A stretch of DNA of 63,103 bases, the filler included. It is 13 parts of 13 records of this genome, joined end to end, with 100 filler letters (N's around TTAATTAATTAA, not from the genome) between each part and the next. Parts side by side here need not be neighbours in the genome. Positions count along the whole stretch, not along the records: positions 20,174 to 30,595 come from SRR9670534_719; positions 30,696 to 35,630 come from SRR9670534_728; positions 35,731 to 39,270 come from SRR9670534_730; 10 more parts are not named here. One strand, written 5' to 3'. A program made the translations under genes and the position numbers. Below the pieces are notes generated by a model. It made no database searches. It was not told the origin of the DNA and saw only the letters and a list, made by a program, of their open reading frames with translations. This document shows positions 24,756 through 38,866 of the stretch, piece by piece. Within the stretch, counting starts at the first letter, position 1. The number at the start of each line of letters is the position of its first letter.

Positions 24756-26006
24756 ATGACAGCAAATAGTGGTGGTCTTTGTAATCCCTATGATATTGGA
24801 AGTTTTGTAGTGAGAAATATTTTGGCACCTAAAAATGAAAGTTGGTCTTTGTTGAAGAAAGCTGACAATACCTTTACATTGGCACCCCACAAAAAAATTT
24901 CTATCAACATGGCAGATAGTTCTCAAACAGATTTCTTAATTGTCTTTGATGCAGAGAAGCCTTTGCTTCAAGTTGACTCCTCAGTTTTTGAAGCAAATTT
25001 CAAAATTGTTGATCCCAATCAGCATTTGAGGAAACACCCCAAGCTTAACAAGCACAAAAGTCTAGTTAAACAAATTTCCAAAAATCCCAAGCATTTGGTC
25101 AAGAATAGAGACCTATGGCAGAAGTTTTACAAACAATCCATCAATGCCTCACAAAGCCATTTTACCTTCATGTCTGGAGATGAAGTAGCACTGATAAAAT
25201 TAGCAGATTCAAGATTACATATTGGAATAGTAGATCTACCTGAAGAAAACCCAACTTTAACAACTACAGGTGAAGAAGGTGTGCCAGTGAAATTCATGGA
25301 GGTAATTATTAATAATAATTAATAATTTTAATAATAATTAATAATTTTATAATTTTAATAATAATTAATAAAATAAAAATAAAAATAATAAAAATTAATA
25401 AAATATAAATAATTATTATTACTAAGTGAAGTATAATTGTAGCCTAATCCAGAGATGCACCCTTTTCCCACTAAAATTACTACAAAGTGTTACTTAATAC
25501 CAGCAGCAGTTCTTGTTCATACCAATTTGTTTCATAAAAGGGGTGAAAGTAAAGGTGATACAATAAATACTTTTACCTTGGGAAAAATGCCCCCTGAAGA
25601 TGTTAACAGAACAGTGATACAACAAGTGATTAATGATACAGTTTATTTTGAAGATTTTTGCCAATTCTTTGCACAAACATTTGGAGGTGATATGAAGCTA
25701 TTTGGTCATTTGTTACTTCATAAGCACTTTGAGTCAAAAACCCTGCTGGGAAAATTTTTGGACAATTGTGAGAATGGGTGCAATGGTGATTTGGTGGGCA
25801 TGTCCAGGTGTTTGTTTAGTAGGTTCAAAGTCATTAACAAAAATGGTAGAGAAATCCAACTAGATGACATTGCCAATGCTGTAAGCCAAGATTATGCACT
25901 TCAGAGTGAAGTGATAAGAGAGGGGTGTTTAAAGGGAAATAGATTGATGAATGCAATTATTAATTGGGCAAACGCAAAGATTCCGGAAATGATTGCTGCA
26001 GAATGA
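24756..26006 (+). CDS. Uncharacterised ~369-aa protein, 2 coding exons; possible SH3/Tudor-like middle segment and Death-domain-like C-terminus
   Basis: Exons 24756-25301 and 25443-26006 joined by a phase-0 GT-AG intron (..VKFME|PNPEMH..). Acceptor AG just before 24750 implies an upstream exon. Product assignment is pattern-based only. Confidence 0.7.
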
Positions 26007-26049
26007 TAATAACATCTAATAATTAGTTAGTTATATCTATTTAATAATA

Positions 26050-26519
26050 CTTTAGATAGACATTGGCCCCTCAAAAAGTTCAGTTCATTTGGGAAAAAAA
26101 TTGCCCCCATGTCACTAGGTGACGTTAACCTGAAAGCTTTTGAAACTTTTCCATAGAAATATTATTGGAAAATCGACCACAAGGTATCTAATTTGAGTGT
26201 ATAAGAGTAATTTTGGTCCTATGATCCTACAAGTCCTATATAGAGTAAACTTTATCATGGAAAATCCCGTAAGTAAAAATTACCATAGGTTTTCCCATAG
26301 GAAATTAATAAATATTACAAATGATAATAAGTAAGAAATTAATATTTATAGTTATTATATATTGTTTTAAAGGTCACTGACTCTAACCTCATCATTGTGG
26401 TTTAAGGGCGACATCTGCTTTATTAAGTTTTCTTATACACTCAAATTAGGTACCTTGTCAATTTTCCTATGGAACTTCTTTGGAGAAGTTTCTGTTTTGG
26501 GGCCAATGTCTGCCTAAAG
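26050..26519. mobile_element. ~470-bp foldback MITE-like element with long imperfect terminal inverted repeats
   Basis: Left end ctttagatagacattggcccc...acaaggtatctaatttgagtgtataaga. Right end (reverse complement) ctttaggcagacattggcccc...acaaggtacctaatttgagtgtataaga. Confidence 0.8.
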
Positions 26520-27209
26520 CCCAGTGAAACTCATGAACATTCAGTAATTATTTTTTCCGTATGATATCCTAATCTATAAGTCTGGTGTCAAAAAGCTTTA
26601 ATACTTAAGTAATTATGCAATGTATTGTGTGCAAAGGAATTTCCATATACTATCATATTAATAATAACAGTACGTACTATAAATTATGTAGTATAAGCAG
26701 TAATAATATGCATCATATCTTTTCATTTTATTCGTTATTTTTAATAAATGGCCATTAAACATAATAAAATCCTTATTATCCTATAGGATTATAATAACCC
26801 TATGTAAGAGTATGCTGTATGTCCGATGTTTTATTATTTAGCAATTGCTTTTATAAAGCTATTTAATAAATAGCTTATTTTAATTATTATTCGAATAATA
26901 TAATATTATTATTAATATTACTGTATTATCACCATCTTTATGAACTAACTACAAACACTAGGAAATGGTTTTTAAATTATTCGAAAGCATATGTTATCAT
27001 AACGTATATAACATACCTATGTTTTTGTTAACCAATATTTGAAATACCTACATTGAAGACCATAGGTAAACAAATAGACATCTCTGTTAGCTTCACCACT
27101 ACTAGAGGTACAAAGGACAGGACAAACATATATTGTTTAATATAAAAAGTCATAAAAAGTGCACCAATGGCATACATTTCCTCCAAAACCTATAGCTGAT
27201 TCTGATTGT

Positions 27210-29861
27210 ATGCATCTCAATGATCATACAAAGGTTTTAGCATTTTTGCTAAGAATCTCATTAGTTGGACATGGCTTTATATGTGTTTGGAAATTGGCGG
27301 ACTTTTTTGGTGAAAATGCATTTTGGGCTTGTAGTTTAGGGCTGTGGACACTTCTGCTGGAAATGGCAGCAATTATAAAGTACAGAAAAGGAATTGAATA
27401 TCCTTGGTCTGTGATTTGTTTATCATAATAATAGTACTTATAATCTTATTATATATTATTAATTATTCTGTAAAGAAACAGTTAGTGAAATACAAAGGTT
27501 CTGACTATTATTACTTTTCAGGATATCCGTTGCAGTTTTTTGCTATTTAATTTGCTTTGTACCTTGTATTTGGTCTTTTGAATTAAAGCTTTATCTTGCT
27601 AGAAAGACCTTCAGACATACAATTAACCAAATTTCAGTCCAATTATTATCCTCTTTTCCAAGTACAAATTCAACGTTAATAAATGGTTTTGGGAACAATC
27701 TTTTAGACAGGGTAATTTTAATTTATTTTGTATGAATAATAATACATACTAAACATTTACGAACAATTATTAATAATATTAATAACATCTGTAAGTATAA
27801 AAATAATATGTAATCTTACGTAATATTGACATTTATCAATAATGACAATAAAATATGTAATTTATAGCCCCATTTATGATTCAACATTGTTAGTATCTCA
27901 TGTTACATTTTACATCTTTTCAATTATCTTCAGTCTCTGAAGTTCATACGTATTTATTCATAGGCTTATTGATTTTACATATCTTGTATTTTTTACCGTG
28001 ATCTAATTATTCGAGAATAGTACCAAATTGGAAATATAGAAACTACTCTTAATAATTATAGTGAATAATTTATGTAAAATATTAGTGTATACATATGTAT
28101 AATTAGTAGTAATTAATAATGCTAATAATAAAAGCATATATGTAGCAACAATTCACATAAGTCTTGAAACGCAGAGTATTGGCATATCTCCACAAGCTCT
28201 TTACGTATGACCACTACCGACAGTGCAAAGATGTCGCTATCACTTGTCACTAAATTATGTTATAACATAATATTATATTATAACATAATATTATAACATG
28301 TTATTATAATAAATGACAGTGACATCTTCATGTATACGTGCATTGCAATGTCATTGCAGTAATATCACGTACATTATCATATAGCAGTGCAAATGCAATT
28401 CTATATACAAATTATAATTTGTAGATACCACTGACTATTTCAAAGGATAAACAAGAGACAATAGACATCTTAGAACAAAGTGGATTATGCTTATTGGTTA
28501 TCAACAAATTTCTTTTGCCCAGAGATAGTTCTTCACACTTACATTCAACAAGTGAATTTCTTGCCTATATTAGCACCGGTTCTGAAATTTTGTCTCTATT
28601 TTCCTTGCTGAGATACAGCCAACTAAGATATAGTTTACCATTTATATCATTTAATTTGATCCTAGTGACCCTACTTTTTTTGACCTTTGTTATAGGCTAT
28701 GTTTGCTCTGGACATTATCAATCAAAAAGGAAGCTTTCTTGCTTTATTCCTTCTTGTTTTCCACCTTACTTTTGGAAGCATGCATTAAAGTTAGTTATTG
28801 AAGATGGGCCACTATTGATTTTTAGAATTTTAGTTTATCATAAATACAAGGAACTGAACAATCTTTTGTTATTTTTTGCATTTAAAAATATGTTTTGTAT
28901 TGGTTATCATGGATATAAGCTGATTAGTTTGTATCTGAAAGATCGATTTACTGTTATCAATAGCATGATATCTAAAGAAAAAGAAAATCATCATAATTTG
29001 GGTACTTTTAGTAGACACTTAACTGAAAGTGCATTAACCATCACTACCAGTAATATTATTAATAATAATGATAGAAGATTTTCTGTACATTCAACTATGC
29101 CACCAGTTATGGCAAAGTTAAAAGACTTACAACACCAAGCACCTGTTGAAGCTACTGATGGAGAAGCAATTTCTGAACAAGCTAAAATAGTTCAAAATAA
29201 TGTTGGTAATAGTGTTCTTCCAAATAGCACTAATTCCCAACACCTAATAGGCAATTGTTTTATTAAAAGTTCTGAAAATATAAGTTGTAAAATAGATGGG
29301 ATCAGACCTCCACCCATACCAAGTAGAAAACCAAAAGAAGATCCCATCCCCCCACCACTACCACAGAAGCAAATATCTTGTAAAGTGAAAATTCCAGAAG
29401 AAAGGCATAACTTTCTTAGTAAAGCAAATGAAATTCATTCAAATCATACAATTACAACCAAAGCTGATGTTGAAAAGTTCATTGATGATACAGAAACATC
29501 AAAATCTACTAATGAAACAAATCCATCACAACAAGTAAAATATACAAGACATAAAGAACATGAAAGCTTAGACTTGGGTTCAACAATTATGAACAATTAT
29601 TTGCCTCCTCCACCATCTGAAATTTTGCAACATAATTGTCAGGCTATTTTACCTTCATCAAAATCTACAGTAAATGAAACTGAAAAAAGCAGATTCTTAA
29701 CTGAGCATAATTTTTCTACTAGTGAAAATATTGATTCATTTTCATTAGAAAACAAAACAGATTGTCTATCATCTAATAACCAGGTAAGAGCTATTGCTAC
29801 TCCTACAGTTATTAATAATGGTGATGATGTATATGCAAACCAAAAAAGCATGTTTTACTAA
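27210..29861 (+). CDS. TMEM26: TMEM26-like multipass membrane protein with long Pro-rich cytoplasmic tail, 3 exons
   Basis: Exons 27210-27406, 27522-27711, 28425-29861. AFLLRISLVGHGFICVWK, KYRKGIEYPW|ISVAVFCYLICFVPCIWSFEL, LEQ..LLVINKFLLPR, IEDGPLLIFRIL, LFFAFKN follow the recalled TMEM26 pattern (ALATRLLFLLHSLVGVWR..KRGRGYKW..QDGPFLVLRL..FFAAKN). Confidence 0.85.
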
Positions 29862-30695
29862 AGGACAATCACAATAGTTATGAATTCAATAAAAATATGA
29901 TTATTATTAATGGTAAAGATAATAACATATCCTGAAGAATTATTCACCAAGCCAATCTATATTCAAGATAGTGTTTCACAATACTACAATAATAAAAGTA
30001 ATAAGTCTTTTAATATATTATAATACAATAAAAGACTGTAGTATAACAAACTTACCAATATTGTAATAAATTATTACTACTATAATACCTTATTAATTAG
30101 ATGTCAATTGTTAGTTGCCAATTATCAACTACTATTATTATTAATAGTAATATCATACTGTGTATTTTGCACTGGGATATGTCAATTTGATACTATTATA
30201 AGATTTCTGAAGTTCAGTTTTTGATAGAGTTTCATGAAACAAAAATAACAATATTGGAGATATTGGCAGATCTTAATAAACTCTAATTGTATGAATAACT
30301 TGTAATAACAATCCTTGAAAATCTTTTAGAGAAATTGACAATATTATATTCATATGTATATTCTGAAAATATACATTATTAATAATATTAGATAACTTTA
30401 TAATATAGTTTAATATAATAATATATAGCAAATTTATGTTATAAAAAACTAAACTTTTATATTTTATATTTTATATTATAAAAAGCATTTAACATATATA
30501 TAAAATTACTTTTACAGTCAATGGTAATGATGTATATGCAAATCAAAAAGCATGTTTTACTAAAGGAACCATATATATATATATATATATATATANNNNN
30601 NNNNNNNNNNNNNNNNNNNNNNNNNNNNNNNNNNNNNNNTTAATTAATTAANNNNNNNNNNNNNNNNNNNNNNNNNNNNNNNNNNNNNNNNNNNN

Positions 30696-30782
30696 TTCAA
30701 ACTGCTAAAAAAGGGGGCTTTTATTTGAGAGAGACTTCTAATTGAACAAATATAGGAGGCTTCTAATTGAACAAATATGGCA
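30696..30782. mobile_element. Probable terminal fragment of a Tc1/pogo-type non-autonomous DNA transposon
   Basis: Repeated subterminal units gggggcttttatttgag and cttctaattgaacaaatat (x2), ending aacaaatatggca. Resembles a degenerate TACCGTATTTGTTCAATTAGAAGCC-type end. Lies at a contig break. Confidence 0.45.
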
Positions 30783-32042
30783 TTCTAGAACTATTTTTTG
30801 AACATGAATCTTTATTATAAAATATACTTAATATTTTCATAGCTTCTAATTGTAATAGAATTAATTTTGATTTATAACTTTTAGTTTACCAATAAGTTTA
30901 ATTTATTATTAATAAATGATTATAATATATTATAATTATTTATTTTTAATAGCTTTTATTATCAACATTTTTGTGATTAGTTTAGTTATAAGCAGTACCA
31001 AGAACAAATGGAGGATAATATGAATTCAAATTGCAATCATGTTTATTAATACATAATTGTAATCATGTTTAAAAATGCATTAATTAGGCTACAGTAGCAT
31101 TTTTTACCTTTGCAAATAGGTACTGATTGTATAAGCACCATCTTTTTACGATGAAGTTTCATGCATGATTATGAGCAGAATCTGGTTAACCTGCAGGTTT
31201 CAAACCTGGTCAAAATAAACCAATCGGCAGCCGATTATATGCTAGTAATTAAGCTTATTATTAATAATAATTAGGGACCTTTTGTTCACAATACCATACC
31301 TAGTTGTTGTGTTGTTTGTTATTTATACAAGCAACATGTATGAGTTGTACTGTTTGACTCGTGCATGTACAATACATACAATATAATATATACAAGGTAA
31401 CTCATACATGTACAATATGTACAATATTGAATCACATAGTAAGTACAATGTACAATCCATTGTACAGCGCATTTTAGGTACCTTTTATAAAAAAACGGCA
31501 TTGTACATAGTACCTACATTGTATTATGTACCATGTACATTGTACGGTACAATTTGTACCTTATTAGTTATTAGTTTATTGTCTTTAAAATCTACGTTAC
31601 TATAGATTTTGGGTGTTGGTATTACACCTTACACATACGGTATACGGGATAAATGTAGAAACGATGAAAAGAACAATAAACTGAGACTTGATTATAATAA
31701 TAAAAGACTTGATTTGCTTACTTATTATTTCTTGTACTCTGTACTATGTACCATGTACAACATGGTACATGGAATGTACATGGTTTGGCTTATTATTATG
31801 GACTCGGCTAAACTACCGATATTTTGATTAACCCGTCACCCTAGGATCAGCTGATCCGTTGACGCAGAATGATTCTGTACGTGGTAGTTTGTATCTGGCT
31901 CGATTCACATGATTGCCGATATCATACAATATCAGTGGCGGCAGTTTGTATTATATACGTTTTTTGTACCGATAATCAAAAACGTATGTATATGTATTAT
32001 ACATTGTAGGAAAAGAACTATAAGAAAAGAACTGCCGCCGTT

Positions 32043-32123
32043 GATATCAGCAGTCATATGAATTTGAAAGGTAATTTGAAATTAATTTCAAGTTAGTTTC
32101 AAATTCATATGACTGCCGATATC
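32043..32123. repeat. Near-perfect 81-bp inverted repeat
   Basis: gatatcagcagtcatatgaatttgaaa...tttcaaattcatatgactgccgatatc (26/27 match) with a palindromic core taatttgaaattaatttcaagtta. Confidence 0.9.
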
Positions 32124-32747
32124 GATTATTATGCCAATAAGATAATTATTATGAAAAATGCCAGCAAAATATTGCAATGTTATGTTTGAATTATTATAAT
32201 AGAATTACTATAGTGTTACGGTAACACTGTTATCTTTAGATTTTTCAACTGTTGAAATTCAACATGTTTTCAGAACTGATGTTAGAAGAATTCTCTTGAT
32301 TCCTTGCCTAAAAGAGAAGGTATTACAAGCTATAAACTTTTTTCAAAATACATTATTATTAATAATAAGGTAGGTAATATATTAATTACCTAACTGTAAT
32401 GAGGAATCCTTATTGAGGACTTTGGTGCTGTTAGCATTGCTAACTTAGCAATATACATATTAATTATAATAATGTTTTATGTAGGCCAAAAAGAATCTAT
32501 GTATTATTTATGGATGTTCTTTTGTCGTATTGCCATTCATGAAGCCAATTGCATTGTACTGTCAATTTTGCAAAATACGCATGATTTATAGCATCCAATA
32601 CTAGTCTTTTCAACCTTATTATTAATAATAATATTAATAACAATTGATTGTTTGTGTTGTGTTTTGTATTTCTTGATATTTTATTATTAACACATTACTG
32701 CTTAGCTTTCATTTTGATGTGATTTGTGGTATTTTCTAATATTACCT

Positions 32748-35592
32748 ATGGCTGTTCATTCACCGATTTTTCTGCACAACAATAATAATAGTGATATAGT
32801 TTATCAAAATGGACCATCGTTTATACGTGAGCCTTCAGAGCCATCAGATGCACCAAGTCCAAAGGTTTTGTTCTGAACATTTTTATAATAAAAATTGTAT
32901 TTTAGTTCAAAAACAGTTTACTAGCAGCTGTTTATTTATCTATTGGTAATCCAGAGTGAATGATTAGGTATTTTACAACTCATAGGATACATAGTAATTG
33001 CTGTACTTTAATAATAATAAAGCAAATAGAACCAACTTCTACACATGAAAATACAAATACGCAAATGTATGAAAAAGGGAAAAGCTTTGAAATCATCAGC
33101 TACAATATATTTAGCTACATATATATTACAGTAATAATACTTGAATCATTCTGTAGAATGTATACTGTACTACCCTAACCGTAGTCATTCTATAGAATGT
33201 ATGCTATAAATCAGTAGGCCTATACTGCAGAATTTCTACTGTTGTGGATTTCGCAATGCAGAAGACATTGATTGCAGAATTTCTGCAACAGAAAACATTC
33301 ACATATTCATATACTATTTACTTCATAATATGAATAAAATGTACAGTATTATGATTTTATCGAAAAAATATATATTTATTGTTATTAGTATAGACTAGTT
33401 GATAGAGAATAATTATTATTATTAATACATAACATATGACATTAATAAATCAATCACTGATCAAATTAATCACCTGGCAGCTCAAGGCAACTGATTACTT
33501 GTCAATTTTTACTAGAGAGGCTGTTTATTATTTGCTTAGTTATATTATCGGCAGATTATGCTATTGATAGGTTATTGGCAGATGAATCATTCACTTTGGA
33601 TCATCTCAGATGATTCATCTGCTTGTAAACACTCTTAAAATAACAAAAACATATTTATAGGCAGATGATTTGTACAATTTTGGTGAAGATGACAACAAAT
33701 TTCAAGGGTTTATCAGGAAATGGCATGGTAAATTTGTGGCTAAGTGTTTGGAAAACAAGTTATTCGTGAAAAGATGCAAAATTGTCATCTTGGTAGTATT
33801 CCTTTTATTATATGCCATGCACTTTATTGCAGCATGTATTCTCAACCGCTCAAGAATAATTCCATTGGCTGTCTTGAATGTGATGCTCATAATTCTCGTT
33901 TTGGGATGGGTTTTTGTTAAATTTGCTTTGCCCAGAATTAGACAACACAAGTGTGAAAATGAACAGTGCATGGATCATTGCAAATTTATTTGTTTATTTG
34001 CTACTTGGATTCTAAAAGACTTTGTTTTCAATAGGTAAGTAGCTTCGAAAAACACATTTTTGCAAAAAGAATGCATAAAAATATTTAATTATAGAATTGC
34101 ATTGGTTTGTTGTGTTGTTGCTATGCTTTTATATGTGGTTGTGGAGACCATTTTGGAAGGTCCACTCAAATTAGTACCATTTACAGGAATTATTGTCCTG
34201 GTGTTAGGATTGTTTGTTACATCAAAAAGTCCAGCAGATGTAAATCTGCTTTTATTAGCTTAAGCTACAATTGTACTAAATTAGTACTACTAATATTAAA
34301 ATAGTTATAATGTTAACTATTTTTCAACACATCATAATTTTCTAGAATATCATGGAATTTCCACAACTATAACTATTAATAATATGATGCTATTATAGAT
34401 TACTTTGTCATTGTTATTATTACATGATAATGATTTATTTAAATGCCAAAAGTTCAAATTTGCCATCATTATACAATTGTTGCTTATTATGTAATAATTA
34501 TAATAATTTTATAATATGTAGTTGCTTGCCAGGTGGGTTATTTGTGATAAAAAATGATTTTAGTTATTGATTACTATATTTTAATAATTATGATTATAAA
34601 TAAATAAATAATAATTTTAGTATAAGTACCTATTGTATGATAAATAGCCATGTAAAATATTTTAACATTTTAGGTTCGTTGGCGCCCAGTTATTTTTGGA
34701 TTGTTTTTGCAGTTTATTTTTGGCCTAATTACTTTAAAGTGGGAATTGGGCTTATATTGTTTTCAATACTTGGGCAATTCTACCACAAAATTCTTGCAGT
34801 TTAGCTTGGATGGTGCAGCTTTTGCATTTGGTCCAGATTTGACATCACACTATTTCGCTTTAACTGTGAGTTTTCAATGTATAATATTTTTATTTAATAA
34901 GTATGTTTTGTCTAGATTTTGACAGTTATTATTTACTTGAGTGCTGTCATTGCTATTTTGTACTATATTGGCATTGTTCAAGCCATTGTTTCAGCCATTG
35001 GTCATGTAATTCAGCAATCTTTAAATACAACCACTGGTGAATCACTAAATGCGGCTGCTAATATTTTTCTGGGGCAGGTAAAATATTATATTTAATAATA
35101 TTTCTGCTGAAAAAGTTGCTTTTTTAGTCTGAAGCACCTTTGCTAATTAGACCTTTGTTAGCAGATATGACCAAGAGTGAATTGCATGCAGTAATGACAG
35201 CAGGTTTTGGTACAATTGCTGGGACAGTTTTGGCAGCATATATTGCTTTTGGAGTTAGGATCAGATTCTTTCTGATGATAAACTCTGATATAATCTTATT
35301 GTTATTGTTATAGTTTTCATTGTTATTATTAATATAATGGTACAGTCAAATATTACTATCGGTTATGTAATATGCAATTGTATTATCATTTTCAAAATAA
35401 TTATATGATCAATTGTCTTTGCTAAGCAATATTAATAATTATTAATATTTGCATGTTACTAGATACCAGCAAATCATTTGATGACAGCAAGTGTAATGTC
35501 TGCACCAGCAGCTCTGGCTTGTGCAAAGTTGAGCTATCCTGAAACAACAAAAAAGTTAACAAAAGAGAAGGAACACTTTGAATTTCCCAAGA
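32748..35592 (+). CDS. SLC28A: Concentrative Na+/nucleoside cotransporter (SLC28/CNT), N-terminal ~60%; truncated by gap
   Basis: [118 protein letters not shown]. Putative first exon 32748-32864 splices phase 0 to 33661. Confidence 0.95.
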
Positions 35593-35874
35593 GGTTTTTA
35601 GTATTCACGCATCCCGGTAAAAATGGCCAANNNNNNNNNNNNNNNNNNNNNNNNNNNNNNNNNNNNNNNNNNNNTTAATTAATTAANNNNNNNNNNNNNN
35701 NNNNNNNNNNNNNNNNNNNNNNNNNNNNNNTAAAATAATTGGAATGCAATAAGACACTGCATATTATTAAAACAATCTTATCTTTATAATAATATTGATG
35801 TATATAATATATGCTATTGTCAATCACTATATAATACATAGTGTGCATCAAATAAAATCGGTCAGCAAATAGAG

Positions 35875-37173
<1,299 letters not shown>

Positions 37174-37525
37174 TATGCTCATAATATAATTGAGAAAATT
37201 ATATGAAATTCTATGCTATAATAATAATAATGATTATCATACAATTATGAATCACGTGATTTATTAATTATTCTTATCAACAATTATTATTATGAAGATA
37301 GATGACATTAATGACAACTACTGCAGTATTAATTTATAAAAAAAGATGTCTCTATGTATTACCAGTAAAAACAGCGACATCTGGTATAAAATATTTTCAA
37401 TAAATACAAAGCAATGTTACACAAGCACGGTATAATAACAATCCTTATTTAGTTAATTAATCCATAGTAATTACTAGTTGACAACCTCCAAACATATGAC
37501 TCAGAGATTATGGTCATCATTCTTA

Positions 37526-38866
37526 TTAGATAATGTGATTACTCACAGGGCTATTACATACGCTATTATTCTCCAAGACAATATTATTATTCTTAATTAA
37601 AAATGACTTTCTCAAATGCGGACTAATCGCCACATTATTTGTATGTTGTTGGTGATAATTCGTCACATAGCATTTCCCGGGACAACAAAAGTAGTTCAAG
37701 AACGCCCTCTTGAACTTGGTAGACACCATGCAATACAACCAGAAATTTGAGCTGTGATTCACATATTGCAAAACCCTGAAAATAGCCCTAATTAATTCCT
37801 GGGTAGCTCTCTCACTGTATTCAATATCTTCATCCTTATAATAAAAATTAATGAATATCTTCAAGAGGACTATGGGAATCGTAGTCAATGTAAATACCAC
37901 TGAAATTATAATGGGCCAAATAGCCACCCTGACAGAGGTGGTGCATTGGTGAGTAGGTGTGAGATTATTGTTATTATTATTATTGCTTTTAACGTTGATG
38001 ACTTGTTGGAGTGAATCCGGATGTAATAATGCAGTATTGGTGGAATTATTATTACCAGTATTAAGTGTATTATTGTCTGTTGGAGTTTTGATACCCACTA
38101 TATGCATTTCTAATGTAGAATGGCTTCTTATTTGATTGCTTGTATGCATTGCAAGCTTTGCTAGAGTAGCTCTCCTGCGCTTAATTTTCCATCCAATTGC
38201 ACAGTTGAGCACAAAAACCACTGCTATGGGGATGTATGAATAAATGGCAGCGTCAAAATAGGGCCATATTTCCCTGTAAAAATAATCAAATTTCATTTTA
38301 TATACACATGACTTATAACCAGATTCTTCTGTTATTAATGACATCACAAAGACAAGGGGTAGATTTTTGCCCAACATAATTACTATGATTGATGTGCATA
38401 CAATTTTAGCCCTTCCTGGTGTTGACCATCTCTTTGCTTTAAATGGGAACCATACGGCGATGAACCTGTCAATAGTCAGGGATACAATGATCCATACGGC
38501 AAAATCTCCATTGAAAAACATGCAAAACTGGACAATTTTACAAACAGTATCATGGACACTTGCAACATCAAATTCAAATGTGTAATATATCCAAATTATC
38601 AGAGCTTGGCTGAGGAGCAAGAAGGTGTCAGCTAGGGACGCTAAGCTCAAATAGACGCTAATTGTTGTTTTCTTAAAGCATTTGCAACGACGAAGGATAA
38701 CAATCGATAAAATATTTCCAATAATTCCAGTGATAATCAATACTGCTACAGCATATCTGTATAAAACTTGTGCAATAGCACCCTGAATGAAGGAATCCAG
38801 CCCAACATATGGTAGTTCTTCCATGGTAATGTTGGTACCATACATTTCAGTTGTGAGATTGGTCAT
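37526..38866 (-). CDS. Class A GPCR, FMRFamide-receptor-like orphan peptide receptor, intronless CDS
   Basis: GIIGN (TM1), LSLADT (TM2), TIDRFIAVWFP (DRY variant), YSYIP (TM5), FTLTTIP (TM6), NHSSNFWLY (TM7, NFxLY variant), FKRAF helix 8, Asn-rich ICL3. Confidence 0.93.
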   Translation of the reverse strand: MTNLTTEMYGTNITMEELPYVGLDSFIQGAIAQVLYRYAVAVLIITGIIGNILSIVILRRCKCFKKTTISVYLSLASLADTFLLLSQALIIWIYYTFEFDVASVHDTVCKIVQFCMFFNGDFAVWIIVSLTIDRFIAVWFPFKAKRWSTPGRAKIVCTSIIVIMLGKNLPLVFVMSLITEESGYKSCVYKMKFDYFYREIWPYFDAAIYSYIPIAVVFVLNCAIGWKIKRRRATLAKLAMHTSNQIRSHSTLEMHIVGIKTPTDNNTLNTGNNNSTNTALLHPDSLQQVINVKSNNNNNNNLTPTHQCTTSVRVAIWPIIISVVFTLTTIPIVLLKIFINFYYKDEDIEYSERATQELIRAIFRVLQYVNHSSNFWLYCMVSTKFKRAFLNYFCCPGKCYVTNYHQQHTNNVAISPHLRKSFLIKNNNIVLENNSVCNSPVSNHII

